A DNA stretch of 64,000 bases from the human T2T-CHM13v2.0 reference genome, Homo sapiens. Location: assembly GCF_009914755.1 (NCBI RefSeq), contig NC_060929.1. One strand, given 5' to 3'. The notes under the pieces are model-generated. The model did not search any database. It had not been told where the DNA came from and worked only from the letters and a program-made list of their open reading frames with translations. Positions within the stretch are counted from its first letter, which is position 1, and every line of letters starts with the position of its first letter. Positions 1 through 12,039 of the stretch are shown here, in pieces. A program made the position numbers and the translations under genes.

Positions 1-896
1 TTATCCTAAGCCTAATGGGAGATCACTGACAATTTAGGAAGATAAATCATTTTCATGACTGTGGGTTTTCCAAGGTCTGACATGATAAAGGGAAAAGGCT
101 TTGTGATGACTGAAGAGTGAAGAGCCAGAGTCACAGCCTCTGGCAATGCAAGAAGAAAGGCGAGAGCGGTGTCAACTCTGAGGAGTTTGTAGGGAATACA
201 CACCATTTGCCCGTGTGTCACTTTGCCTCATTCAAGATGCTGTAACTTGCAGAACAGAGGGCTAAAACAACTTCGCGCAGAGAAGCCTGCTGTAGACAGG
301 GGCACCACAGAACGTGTGCTTCTTCCAAGCTGCGTCTCTTTGGACCCGTACTTGCAATACTAACAGGTGCATAGAGGGCCCTCCAGAAATGCACCCCCCA
401 CCCCGCCCCTGGGTGGGTTGTACAATACTGCAGTGATTCAAACGTATAGCGCTAAAGCCAGGAAAATCACAACCAACAGACAGCCCCCATGGGCCTCTGC
501 ACACAAAAGGCAGCCATCCCGCTGCCTGGCCCAGCTAGTGAGTGAGGCCACCCACTGGGCACCCACTCAGATGCACTGGCAGATGTTAGGTTTCAGGACT
601 GAATTTGGCCTCACTGTACTCAGTCCTCCTCACAGCCCTTTGGAGTCACCTAATCTTGCTAATATGTCTGTAAATGCTTTAGATGAGGAGTCCCTGAACA
701 GACACATGCACCACTAACTTCATGGATCAGAAAGTCCTCTGAAACTTTACCTTTTTAACCCTGTTACATGGAGTCTTCCCAGCAGACGGGTGCCCCAGCC
801 TTTCCGCTGTTCTGGCAAAACAGGCCCACAGTCGATATGTCAGTTTGATGTCTCAAGAGCTACCATTAATTATGTATCCCTTTGGTTAGAAATGCA

Positions 897-973
897 AATG
901 ACCCTTGGCAGTCATTTAGATCTCCATGTGAATTCGCTTATCACGCACATTCCACCCCAAACAGAGCTGGCCA
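897..973 (+). repeat. 77-bp dispersed direct repeat, copy A (copy B at 2276-2352)
   Basis: Manual ungapped alignment with copy B gives 65/77 identical; flanks are unrelated. Confidence 0.9.
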
Positions 974-1464
974 AGCCAAGCGTGATGCTTGATGAGGGCT
1001 GGGTTGTTTCCCCCTGCACTGCCCAAGTCCATGTCTGGTTAGCCTGTGCCTGACTTCTACCTCACAAGGATACACAGAGTTCCCACTCAAAGGCAGCTTC
1101 TTTGTTTCCCACTGAGAAAGAGCTGCTTAGGGAGAATTAGAGCAAGCTAAATTAGGGGCATTGAAACCATCCTGCCCAGTGGTGTTCCCCAGCTCTGGAT
1201 CCATAGCTTTCTCATTTGATGGTGAGTGGGGGGAGTTTCTTATTCATCTTAAGCAGTCTCCTCACGGTCTCTGTTCTCCTGAGACTGGCAAATGATCATC
1301 AGAAACCGTCCTGGCCTTGGCAATGATGCCGGCCTCACTAAACAAGCTATATCGCAGCAGTGTAATTGCCAGTTAAAGAGCACTTCGTCCTAATTAACCT
1401 CTTCAGGGAATGAGTAAAAGCATCAAGAATTCCAGAGTTCACAGAACCTGTGCACAAGCCCTTG

Positions 1465-1590
1465 TCATGCAAATGAAGAAATTGAGTCTTGGGGTGAGCA
1501 GGACCCGAGGTCCCTCAGCTGACCAGTGCAGGACTCGGACCAGAATCTGGACTTCTAGACTGACTCCTGAAGCCCTGGTTTACTCCATCA
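1465..1590 (-). mobile_element. MIR SINE fragment
   Basis: Degenerate MIR core 'gcaaatgaagaaattgagtc...ccgaggtccctcagctg...gactgactcctgaagcc'. Confidence 0.45.
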
Positions 1591-1644
1591 GCCAGTGGGA
1601 ACTGTCAATATTCTCCTAGCTCTTTATGCCTTCAAATATGTCTG

Positions 1645-2140
1645 TCAAAGACATATTAGTTGAGCATGTATTACATGCTCAGCACTGTGCTGGGTGCTAG
1701 GGTCATGGGGGAGACGGAGCAGCTTGTTATTCTCTCAACTGTCTACTGAGCACCTCTCACGGGACACACACACTGAGGGCCCTGAGGAAAGCACGACTTT
1801 AACAGATGAACAGCTTTGATACCTAGCACTGTGATTTTCTAACTACAATGAGACATTGATACTTATCACACACAGTTATTGGACATACTAAATGCCATGA
1901 TATTTATGAGGCCTACGGTAAATGATCAATACACTGTGGCTATTTTTATTCTCTTCACTATACAGCTGGGGAGATGAAGCAATTCATGAAACCAAGGGGG
2001 TAGCCTCATTATCAAGCACTGGACAATGAGGGGTGGGTTTTGAGTGTTGAGGGAAAGAAGGTGAACAGGAGGGAACTGAGAAGTCTTTGCAGAGATGAGA
2101 TCTCAGCTGGGTCTTGGAGGAAGAGGAGAATCCATTCACA
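1645..2140 (-). mobile_element. L2 LINE fragments
   Basis: 'atattagttgagcat...cactgtgctgggtgctaggg' and 'gcagagatgagatctcagctgggtcttggagga' resemble antisense L2 3' sequence. Confidence 0.45.
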
Positions 2141-2275
2141 AATAGGGAAAGCCCAAATGTACAGCCAGAACGAAGGGGACTTGCTGGGTTAGGGTGCGAC
2201 TCCTATTGGAGAGGTAGGGTAAGGATCCCCCACAGATGGTCTTGAAATTTGGGCAGAAAAAAAGTGAGGGTTCCT

Positions 2276-2352
2276 AATGACCCCTGGAGGCCATTTAGAT
2301 CTCCACGTGGATTAGCTTATCACACACACTCCAACCCCAACTGAGCTGGCCA
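2276..2352 (+). repeat. 77-bp dispersed direct repeat, copy B
   Basis: Matches copy A; contains palindrome TCCACGTGGA. Confidence 0.9.
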
Positions 2353-3194
2353 GTGGTGAGAAGATAACATTTGCGGACGAGTTGTGAAGTGGCGCTATGC
2401 AGACAGGGTCAGGGAGGCTCATGGGGAGGCCTTTGCAGGGAGCTGGGGATGAGGACTTTGACCACATGGGAGTAGCAGGAGGAGATGGGATGAATGCGAA
2501 ACAGGAGAAGGAGCAGAACTTGTCGGCCAACCTGGACAATTCAGACTTGGACCAACAGGAGCTGGTGAACGGGCTGAAGTTTTGAGCTTGAGTGGACAGA
2601 GTTGCCAGCCAACTTCCTTCACCTCCAAAAGGCTCTCCGGAGGCAGTTTCCAAGTCCTCCTTTTTCCCACCCAACAGAGCGGCAACTGGCAGCAAGCTGC
2701 CAGTTGTGTAAGTCCACACAGCCACAATCACTGTGGATGAGGATGAATCCTGAGTGCAGCCCTCTGTCCTGAGAAGCTCATCAGGTCTGTGTGGGTATCT
2801 CCAAAAGACTGCTAATGCACTCATTCTCAGTCCCCACATGTCCTCTCGTCTCTTGTTTTGTTTCTACATTGCTGGAAAATGAGAGGTTTCAGCAGAAGAT
2901 GGAAAATTATCCTTTATTTTGATTCTGTGTTTGAACACCTTCCACTTCTCTGCAAATTGAGGGGTATATTTTAGTATAATGCTTGGCTCATGGAACCAGA
3001 GAATCAAAAATTAGTCAAGGTTCCAAGAAGACTGGTGAAGCTTTATGCCTCAAAGAGACATGCTACTTTCACTAGAAACTGCTTCTGACTCCTCATGAAG
3101 ACCAGGGTTCACCCCCAAATCAGGCAGGGCTAGCCAGTGTCTGTTCTCTCAGCCTCTCAGTTGTGATCTCTTTTGCTCTGAGATGTGCACGTGT

Positions 3195-3220
3195 ACACAC
3201 ACACACACACACACACACAC
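3195..3220. repeat. (CA)n microsatellite
   Basis: About 13 AC units, preceded by alternating purine-pyrimidine gtgcacgtgt. Confidence 0.95.
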
Positions 3221-4029
3221 CCACCCATAAGTGCATTCACTGCATAACTGACCGATGTTATAAGCATTCCAGACATAAAATGCTGTTAAACAGCCAAGCA
3301 TCATCCCTGGAAATGCAGGCCTGAACTGATCCTATAAGAATTATAAACTGAACAGCTGAGGGAACTCAGAGTAGCAAGAGTCATTCACATTATAGAAATA
3401 TTCTCCCCTTCCCTCCATTGCACTTTTCCTTATTTGGAAACATGAAGGTGAAGGTGCAAAAGACACATCACACACAGACTGAGCTATGGAGTGATAACCA
3501 GCAGGGTGCCTGGCCCAGACAGCTATGTCAATTCTGGGCCCAGACAAAAGAGTCCAAGTAACCCCCCTGATATCCAGGGGTCAGCCACCCCACATGGCAG
3601 CCTTGGCCTTGCTTGGCTTCCCACCCCCAAGGAACACTGGGCACTCACCTGCAAGTTATTAAGACACAAATCTTATTAATTTAGCTCCTCTAAGCCAGAT
3701 GCCTATGTTGGGAAGGAGGGTGAACCTGGTCATCAGGGTTAGCCCAAGCACCACAGAATAACCTTGATAAGTGTTATCATTTCAGGGATTTGGTTCAGGT
3801 GTACACAGTGGAACAGGTGGAATGTGGTTGCAGGTAAAATGCCATGTCCCCTCTTGCTGTTTCCGTAACAATTTCAAAGACACACTATTATGGCTCTAAG
3901 AAATAAGTCACCTTTAACAAAGGGGGGATTTCCCACAGAAAGGTGAGCTGCCCATTAGGCCTCACTATGGCCTACAAGCTCTGCCAACCTTTCTGGTAAC
4001 TCTTGGCTTCTTCTCCTCCATTTAACATC

Positions 4030-4365
4030 TGCTCATATTGAGTTTTTGTTCCTAACTCAAGCCATGCTCTCTTGCTCTCATGGAATTTTCTCTGCTTTAA
4101 ACACCCTCCCTCCACCTGGCCCCTGCCCCACCCTGCCCCACTGGGCCATCTCCTTCTGTTCTCTGGTTAGATGCCCTGTCCTTGGGAAGGATGTCCTGAC
4201 CACCGCGTCTGGATTCGACACCACATGCAAGCTCTCATGCTACATGTCACGCTGAACTGTGATTCCTCCTCCCTGAGCTTGTCATGGGATGACTACATCC
4301 CTAGCACCCAGGGAAGAGCCTGGCATGCTCCTCTGTGAACACTTTTTGAATTGAGTTGTGCTGCT
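4030..4365 (+). mobile_element. L2 3' fragment
   Basis: 'atccctagcacccagggaagagcctggcat...ttttgaattga' resembles the L2 3' terminus. Confidence 0.45.
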
Positions 4366-4594
4366 GAGACACCAGCAGAACCCCTGCCCCACTCTTCTGC
4401 AGGCCAAGGCCACTGTTCCCAGCCAACAACTCCCTTGTCCACACAGCTCCTTCCATCCCAGGTGACTTGATATCCATTATAGTGCATGGTTCCCCCAACA
4501 ACCCGTGTAAGTCAGCATGGCAGGGATACCACCTCATATTTTAGAAATAAACAAATTGAGATGTCTAGTAAAACCTGTTCTTGTTTGGACACAG

Positions 4595-4955
4595 AGCTGT
4601 TCACTATCTCCAGCCTCTCTTGCCATTAGATGTGGCCATGTGATTAAGTCTCCTCCATGAGAATGTGCATGGCAGTGAGCAGTGCCACCTCCAGGTCTGG
4701 CCCATGAGAACGTCCCACAGGCATGGGGGAGCCTCCATGCTCTTTCTCCGGCTGCCTGGGATGCTGATTCCCAGGGTAATCTTGGAAGCCATTGTCAGCC
4801 TGGATCCACGAATGACCATGTGGAAGACAGCTGCCTTGACAATCTGAACACCTGCTCAGAATTGTTCCTGGAGCAAGAAGTAAATGTCCATTGTGTGAAG
4901 CCACTGAAATCATGGAGACTATTTGTTATTGGAACCTAGCATTCCCTGTGAATAC
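4595..4955 (+). mobile_element. Old MaLR LTR (MLT1I/J-like) inserted in a MIR
   Basis: 'cagcctctcttgccattagatgtggccatgtgattaag' and 3' end 'gaagccactgaaatc...tatttgtta'; MIR sequence resumes at about 4960 (ggctcagaaaagataaatgacttgccc). Confidence 0.6.
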
Positions 4956-5224
4956 CCAAAGGCTCAGAAAAGATAAATGACTTGCCCAAAATATTAACAA
5001 CAAATGCCAGCACCAGAATCCATGTTTTAATTAAGAATCCTCACATGACTCTGTGGGGAACTAGCATTCATCACAAGGTATTTTATTCAGGTGTCTCCTT
5101 CTCTGTCTTCCCTATGAGACAAAAACCAACCCAGACACAAACAGTCAGCCCAGGAACCTACCGAGCTAGCACCAGGCCTGGTACATTGCAGGCTCCCAAT
5201 GCTTTCTTGAGCACACACTGACAT

Positions 5225-5345
5225 AATGCTTACTATGCACCAATCTCTGTTTTAAGATTTTCATAAATTTTAATTTATTGAATTCTCCTAACTTTATGAG
5301 GTATGATTATTATCATCTCCATTTTATAGATGAGGATAATTAGAC
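5225..5345 (-). mobile_element. MIR SINE fragment
   Basis: 'ctttatgaggtatgattattatcatctccatttttatagatgagga'. Confidence 0.6.
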
Positions 5346-7651
5346 AACACTGCCTCCCTGGTGCCTGATCAAGGAGCTAAAAGATCCCCAACCCAGACAG
5401 GGCATTTCTGGTTCTAAACCCTCTCCTAAACAGAGACTCAGCAAATGGTAAAGTTCTGCTTCGTTGAAGACTCACCCTTCAGAGTTGCTGGTTCAGAACT
5501 CTGTTGAATGGTTTTTTGTATATTGCTATTCATCTGTGTAATATTTATTTTCTATGGGAAAGGAAAATAAAGCAATAAAATGTTTCGGGTTTTTTTTTTT
5601 TTAAGCGTCCTGTCTGATTGGATTTGTGCAGCAGTCCTCAGAACACGGATCCAAACCAGTACATGAAGACGTGACTTTGTGTAACCATTTCTCTTTTCTA
5701 AGGCAGCGAGTCCAGCTTTTTGGAGTGTGACACCCAATTTGCTTGTTTGGATTTTGTTAGACTTTTTTTCTTTCCTGCCTCCAAATTCAGCTAAAACTGC
5801 TGTATTCTGTGTATTTGTTTTTTGTTTGAAGCAAATGGTTTTGAGACTTCTGTGCCAGCCCTTGAGACAGCTGGAGACACCCTGGGGTGCTGTAAAACCG
5901 ACGGTGGGAATCACTGATCTCAGAGAGAAGAAAAAACAGTTCAGGGAAAACTAGCAAATCAGCATCTTCTGAAGCTGCAGCATGAGCCAAGAGCACTGCG
6001 GCCCTGGATAGCACCGTTAGGAGCCGCAGAAACGCCTCCCCACTCATGCTGGAATTCAAGGTTACAGCAGGTTAAAAACACCTTGCTGGACTCCAGGTGC
6101 CCACCTCAGCACCTTCGCTGCCTGCTCAGGGACATTCACAATGGAGCAGTTCTCAGGGCCCACGTGTAATCCTCAGTCACGTGACATGCATTGTGTGCTC
6201 AACACTAGCCTAGGTGCCTTGAAGACAAAGACAAGTAAATAAGCTTAAATGAAGCAAATCTAGTTTCTGCTTTCAAGGAGATTGTGGTGAGGAAGAAGAT
6301 AAGACACAGGCGTAATATCTTGCATGTGTCCTGGAGAACATATGAGTTTAGCTAGAAAGAGAACCTCATCTCCTCCAGCCAGAAATTGCTGTGTGGCTGT
6401 GCCACTTTTAGGTGGACCTATGGCCAGGGACCCTGCCCCGACAACAGGGACCCTTCACCATGGAGCCCCAAGATAAACAAGGCACATTGACAGAGGAGGG
6501 CCAAGAAACCCCTAACTAAGGGCTATACCCAGGCCCCACACCCCAGTGCAGAGACCTGGCAGGCTGAGCTGGGCCAGAGACTCAGACTCACACAGGCCCT
6601 GAGTGGGCTCTCCGTGGTCTTTCCCTCTAACACCCACAGACTCTGATATGGGATCTTGCCCCAGTGCCCAATGCTGCACAAGCCTGGACCACAGTAGGCT
6701 GTGCCCAGACTGGACATGGGCCAGACTCACATCTAGAAGGTGGGACTGAAGATGAGGCTGGGCGCTGGATAGGGCCGATATTCTTCTTTGCCGGGAGAGC
6801 GAATGCAGAAAAGGATGTGCTCAGACACACGGACTGACCCCTCCTTGTGTCTCACTGGCTGATCATTGATGGGATGCTCTCTTCACACGGTTTCTTTCAA
6901 CATCTTTCCATCGAAATCTTAGCAACCTTCTTGTCAACATGTTCCTTTAAAGCAATTGTTACAAGGCACCTCTTTGGAAGAATGTGCTGACCCCGTCCCC
7001 CAGTGCTATGAGTGAGGCATGAAAGGGGAGGAGGTGAGATGTCTGGGGCCCTGACTTTGGCCCTAATCTCTGTGGTCACCTTGTCAGAGAGGGACCCACA
7101 TCATGAGTTTCAGGATTATTCTTACCCATGACTCATGAGGCCTTAAGCGTCCTACTTCTGCCGTGGAAGATCCCCTGGAAAGACTGAGGGCCAGAGCTGA
7201 GTGTGGAGTGTGGATCCCTCCACACTGGCAGCAGCCAAGCCCCTCCACACTGCATTTGTTCCCTAAAAGAACATTTTTCTAAGCAGGCCTCTCAGCTCTG
7301 CGGAATGAACAGCGATGGAGTGAGCAACAAATTGTTTCATTTGCTAAGACTGTGAGCTACAACTTGCAATAAATCAGTGTGAAATGAGAAAGTAGAAAGG
7401 GAAAGATGATCCTTCTCCAATTGCCAGTCAAGCTTTAGTTTACAGCACCACAGGTTTGGTGATAGGGCGGAAATCATCAGACTCCTCGCTCACAGTCATA
7501 TTCTCAAAGGAACCATACTGAAAGCATTCCAGTGAGCTCATTCCTGGCATCCATCCCCGTAGGACACAACCCTTCAATAATCTGCATGCCTTTACTGTGG
7601 GAAGGAAAACCAAGTACACTCCAGGTCAGGGATGGAACAGGGCATGCCTCA

Positions 7652-8003
7652 CAATAGATGGAATAACGGCCCCACAGATATCCACATCCTAGGCCTGGTA
7701 CCTATACATATGTTCTCTTACACTGCAAAACGGACTTTACAGAAGTGAGTGAGGTAAGGATCTTGGATGGAAAAATTATCCTGCAAGATCCAGGAGGGCT
7801 CAATACAATCACAGGTCCTTCTAAAAGAGAGGCAGGAGGGTCACAGTCGGAGAAGGAGACATGATGACAGAAGTAGACAAGTAGACGTCAGAGTGATGTG
7901 GGGCCACAAGCCAAGAAGGCAGGTAGCCTCCAGAAACTAGAAAGTGCAAGGAAATAGATTCTCCCTTAGAGCATGTAGAAAGAAGAACTGCCTCTGCACT
8001 TGT
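7652..8003 (+). mobile_element. MLT1D-like MaLR LTR, 5' part
   Basis: 'gaataacggccccacagatatccacatcctag...caaaacggactttacaga...gcaaggaaatagattctcccttagagc' matches recalled MLT1C/D. Confidence 0.75.
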
Positions 8004-8885
8004 TGGCAGCCCCATAGGCCAACTATTATAAATAACTTCCAGGAATCTACAGTCACCACAAAATGCCCCACATTATCCCCTCCATGCTGTGTATTTTCTA
8101 CATTCCTAACATAGAGAATTATGTTCAATATCATCTCCAGGTCTGATTGGGAATAGAAACAGCTTCCTTTTTGGTTGTGTAGGCACACGGCAAAGCCTCT
8201 ATTGTAGAACAAGGCCAGGGAGGGAGGTATTCCGGTTAACCCAGGACACTGGTTACTTAAGAGCTCCCAAGGAAGACCCTGCTAGACAGAACAGAGGCCC
8301 CTCTCATGAGCCACTCATAAACAGGACTCTGGGCGTCAGAACCAGGCCTTATCTACCCCATAAGGACTTCTGATTCTCTGAACACAACAGGACAAAAATG
8401 TACATTGCACGGTAAACATACGCTGGATTTGCTCTGATAACCAAGGTCAGAGCCTCCTTTAACAACATCAGTAGGGGCAATGTCACCTGTGGCCATCCTG
8501 GCTCAGAAAGGCCGGTCACAGATGGGCTGGCCAGCCAGAGTCCTAGAGTACCAATCCTGAGTCTCCCCTTTGGTCAAGGGCCCTGGAGTCTCCCCTTTGG
8601 TCAAGGGAGTACCTGGAGAAAAACCATTCAGAGGACAAAACACAGCCAGGGCAGGTGATCTCCAAACCCCAAGCATCCAACCAGAAATGAACCCCAGAGA
8701 CCCTGTCTCAGCTGTGAAACTTCTAGGGCACAGTTCCAGGGATTCCTGCTCAGCAACAAACAGCACTTCGTGGATTCTACGAGTTTATGCAAGAAACAGA
8801 GGGGACTTGTGGGCTTTATCATGGAATTAGAGCTACCAAAAATAATCCTCATGGTCATGATGTAGCTTTCACAATCTACATGATG

Positions 8886-9331
<446 letters not shown>

Positions 9332-9730
9332 GCCAGGCTCTCCATGTTCACAGTTATCTCCACCCTGCTTTGGGCAGGACAGACCTTCAGCAAAACCTAG
9401 TGAGGAGCGGAACAAACATTCGCTTCATCAGCAACCTCATCCCACATTGGAAATGAGTCACCCTGAGTGCCCACCCCAGAGCAGATGGACTGTGAGCCTC
9501 AATAAGGAAGAGTGGGTGGTGGATCTAAGTGCCCCTGAGGAGTCTTCATCCTGCCCCATCACCCTTTCCTGCCCCAACTTCTCTCTCCAGGTGCTCCCAC
9601 AGCTCTGGCTCCCCCGAGTCCTTGCTCCTGCTGCAGTGCTCCTCCTGCAGTGCTCCTCATCTACATCTCCTCCTGAAACCTCAGGCCTAATACTGTACAT
9701 TGGGCCTAACATTCTCCTGCAGCACCTACT

Positions 9731-9835
9731 TGTCTTCATCTGTTTTGTGCTACTATAACAGAATTATCTGAGACTAATTTATAATAAACAGAAAGTTATT
9801 GGCTTATAGTTCTGGACTCAAGGAAGTCAAAGAAC
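9731..9835 (-). mobile_element. MST-type MaLR LTR 3' fragment
   Basis: 'tgtcttcatctgttttgtgctactataacagaa...ttggcttatagttctgga'. Confidence 0.6.
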
Positions 9836-10653
9836 CCATCACCTGGAAAATAAACTGGTTGTATTAAAAAAAACCTGATTGTAAAAAAAAAAAACCAAAT
9901 AAGTAAATTGAGTCTCCTATGAAATAGTGGAGACTCCATGTTAAAGCTAACAAATCATCCTAAACTATCAGATGCAAATTATTTTTCTGTCACTTGAGTT
10001 TAAGAAAAGGTCAGTAAGAAATTCCCTCTGCTGTTTTCCAGTGAGTCGAGGCCTTCTCTGCCTTCTAGAATTTGGTTCTAACTCTGGGACAAGTCCAGGC
10101 ACGGGGCAAACTGAGTTCCAGGATAAAAAGTGGATCTTTTCTAATACATTTAACTACAGTAATGAATTCCTTATATTCTGATGTATTTCTTCACACTATT
10201 CCTGTTACTTTTATGCCTAGTGATGAAGTTTCAGATAGCTCTGCCCTCCATGTGCCCATGATGACTATTATTGTGGAACCATTAAATTCAGAACTCATAA
10301 GGTCCAGCCTCAGAAGAATAATGTGGTTGAAGGAACATAGCCCCAAGGTCAAAAATAATTTTAACAACACAAATTCTTTCCTTGCTTTTTTCAAAAATGG
10401 TTACTAGGATACAAATACCTAATTCATGGAGACATTTGATAACATCCCTTCTTTTCTCCCCCAGTTCCCTCACACGCCCAGCTGTCCCCAGCATCACATC
10501 CCCAGCTGTCCCCAGCATCTCTCCCAAAATTGTCTTAATCTCTTCACTCCCAGCTTCTCTGCAACTCCCTTCCTTTTTTCCATGCAACCTCCTTTTCATC
10601 CTTTTAATATGTGAGCCAACCTGCCTCTTAATGAGAAAAGAAGGAAAAAGGGG

Positions 10654-11523
10654 TGCTATGAACTGAATTGTGCCCCGCCTAAAATTCGTATGTTGAAATT
10701 CTAATCCCCAATGTGACTATATTTGGCATTAAGACTTTCAAGAAGGTAATTAAGGTTAACTGTGGTCGTAAGGAGGGGGGTTATCTGACAGGATGGTTGG
10801 CCTCATAAGAAGAGGCACAGAGAACTCTCTCCCTCTCTCTACCATGTGAAGACAGAGCAAGCAGACAGCTATCTACAAGCCAGGTAGAGCACCCTCACCA
10901 GAAATCAAGCTGGTCAGCATCCTGATCTTGGACTTTGCAGCCTTCAAAACTGTGAGAACTGTTGGGAGCAAGCCCCCCAAAATCTGGCCATAAACTGGCC
11001 CCAAAACTGGCCATTAAAAAAATCTCTGCAGCAATGTAACATGTCCATAATGGCCATAACGCCCAAGCTGGAAGGTTGTGGGTTTAAGGGAATGAGGGCA
11101 AGGAACACCTGGCCCGCCCAGGGCGGAAAACCGCTTAAAGGCATTCTTAAGCCACAAACAAAAGCCTGAGCCATCTGTGTCTTAAGGGCATGTTCCTGCT
11201 GCAATTAATTCTGCCCGTCCCTTCGTTTCCCTTAAGGGATACTTTTAGTTAATTTAACATCTATAGAAACCATGCTAATGACTGGTTTGCTGTTAATAAA
11301 TACGTGGGTAAATCTCTGTTCAGGGCTCTCAGCTCTGAAGGCTGTGAGACCCCTGATTTCCCACTTCACACCTCTATATTTCTGTGTGTGTGTCTTTAAT
11401 TCTTCTAGCGCTGCTAGGTTAGGGTCTCCCCGACCGAGCTGTTCTCGGCAGAGAACAAATGTCTGTTGCTTAAGCCACCCAGTCTATGACATTTTGTTAT
11501 AGCAGTCCAAGTAGATTAGGACA
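10654..11523 (+). mobile_element. MLT1A/B-like solo LTR (host of MER9)
   Basis: Starts TGCTATGAACTGAATTGTG, ends GATTAGGACA; 5-bp TSD AGGGG at 10649-10653 and 11524-11528. Confidence 0.85.
10960..11450 (+). mobile_element. MER9 solo LTR (HERV-K HML-3)
   Basis: TG...CA termini; start 'tgttgggagcaagccccccaaaatctggccataaactggccccaaaactggcca' matches recalled MER9a; AATAAA at 11295; perfect 6-bp TSD GAGAAC (10954-10959, 11451-11456). Confidence 0.9.
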
Positions 11524-11659
11524 AGGGGGATAGAAATTGGGTTAGAAATTATGGGATTTTCTTTGGTGGACTGAAGGAAGTGAAGAGGAAGTAAACATTC
11601 TCATACTAATGAGTGTCGTCGTTTTGTGTCATAATAGTGCATATGGCACTAGGTTATTA

Positions 11660-11820
11660 TTTACACAGAGACTGAGAGACTGAACTGCTCCAGAGTAGGG
11701 ACAATGCCTTGTTCATCTTTCTTTCGCTATCACCAAGCAGAGGGCCTCTCACACACAGTAGATCCTCTGCAAATACACACGGAATGGTGAATAAGCAAGT
11801 GAATGAATGAATGAACTGAG
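11660..11820 (+). mobile_element. L2 3' end
   Basis: 'ccagagtagggacaatgccttgttcatc...cacacagtag...gaatgaatgaatgaa'. Confidence 0.65.
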
Positions 11821-12039
11821 CACATGACGGAAAGGCATGCACTGGTCTCTGGTTAGCATCAGATTTTACCCCCATTATAAAAGTAGTATCTGTTTATTGT
11901 GGGAAAATATTAGAAAATACAGATAATAACGAAGGAAAGAAAAATTATTCCAACTGACTAGTCAGAAATAAACCTCAATTTTTAGTCTATATTCTTCCAT
12001 ATTTATCTCATTTATTTATTTATTCAGATTAGAAACTGG

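Noticed and set aside
2313-2322. TAGCTTATCA matches the first 10 nt of miR-21
   Set aside because: The match ends at 10 nt and there is no precursor hairpin.
2312-2839. 175-aa minus ORF and overlapping acidic 62-aa plus ORF
   Set aside because: No family motif; purine-rich composition explains them; no supporting splice structure.
5760-6075. Possible plus-strand exon, and RE1 half-site GGATAGCACC
   Set aside because: Weak donors, stop codons within, and no properly spaced left half-site.
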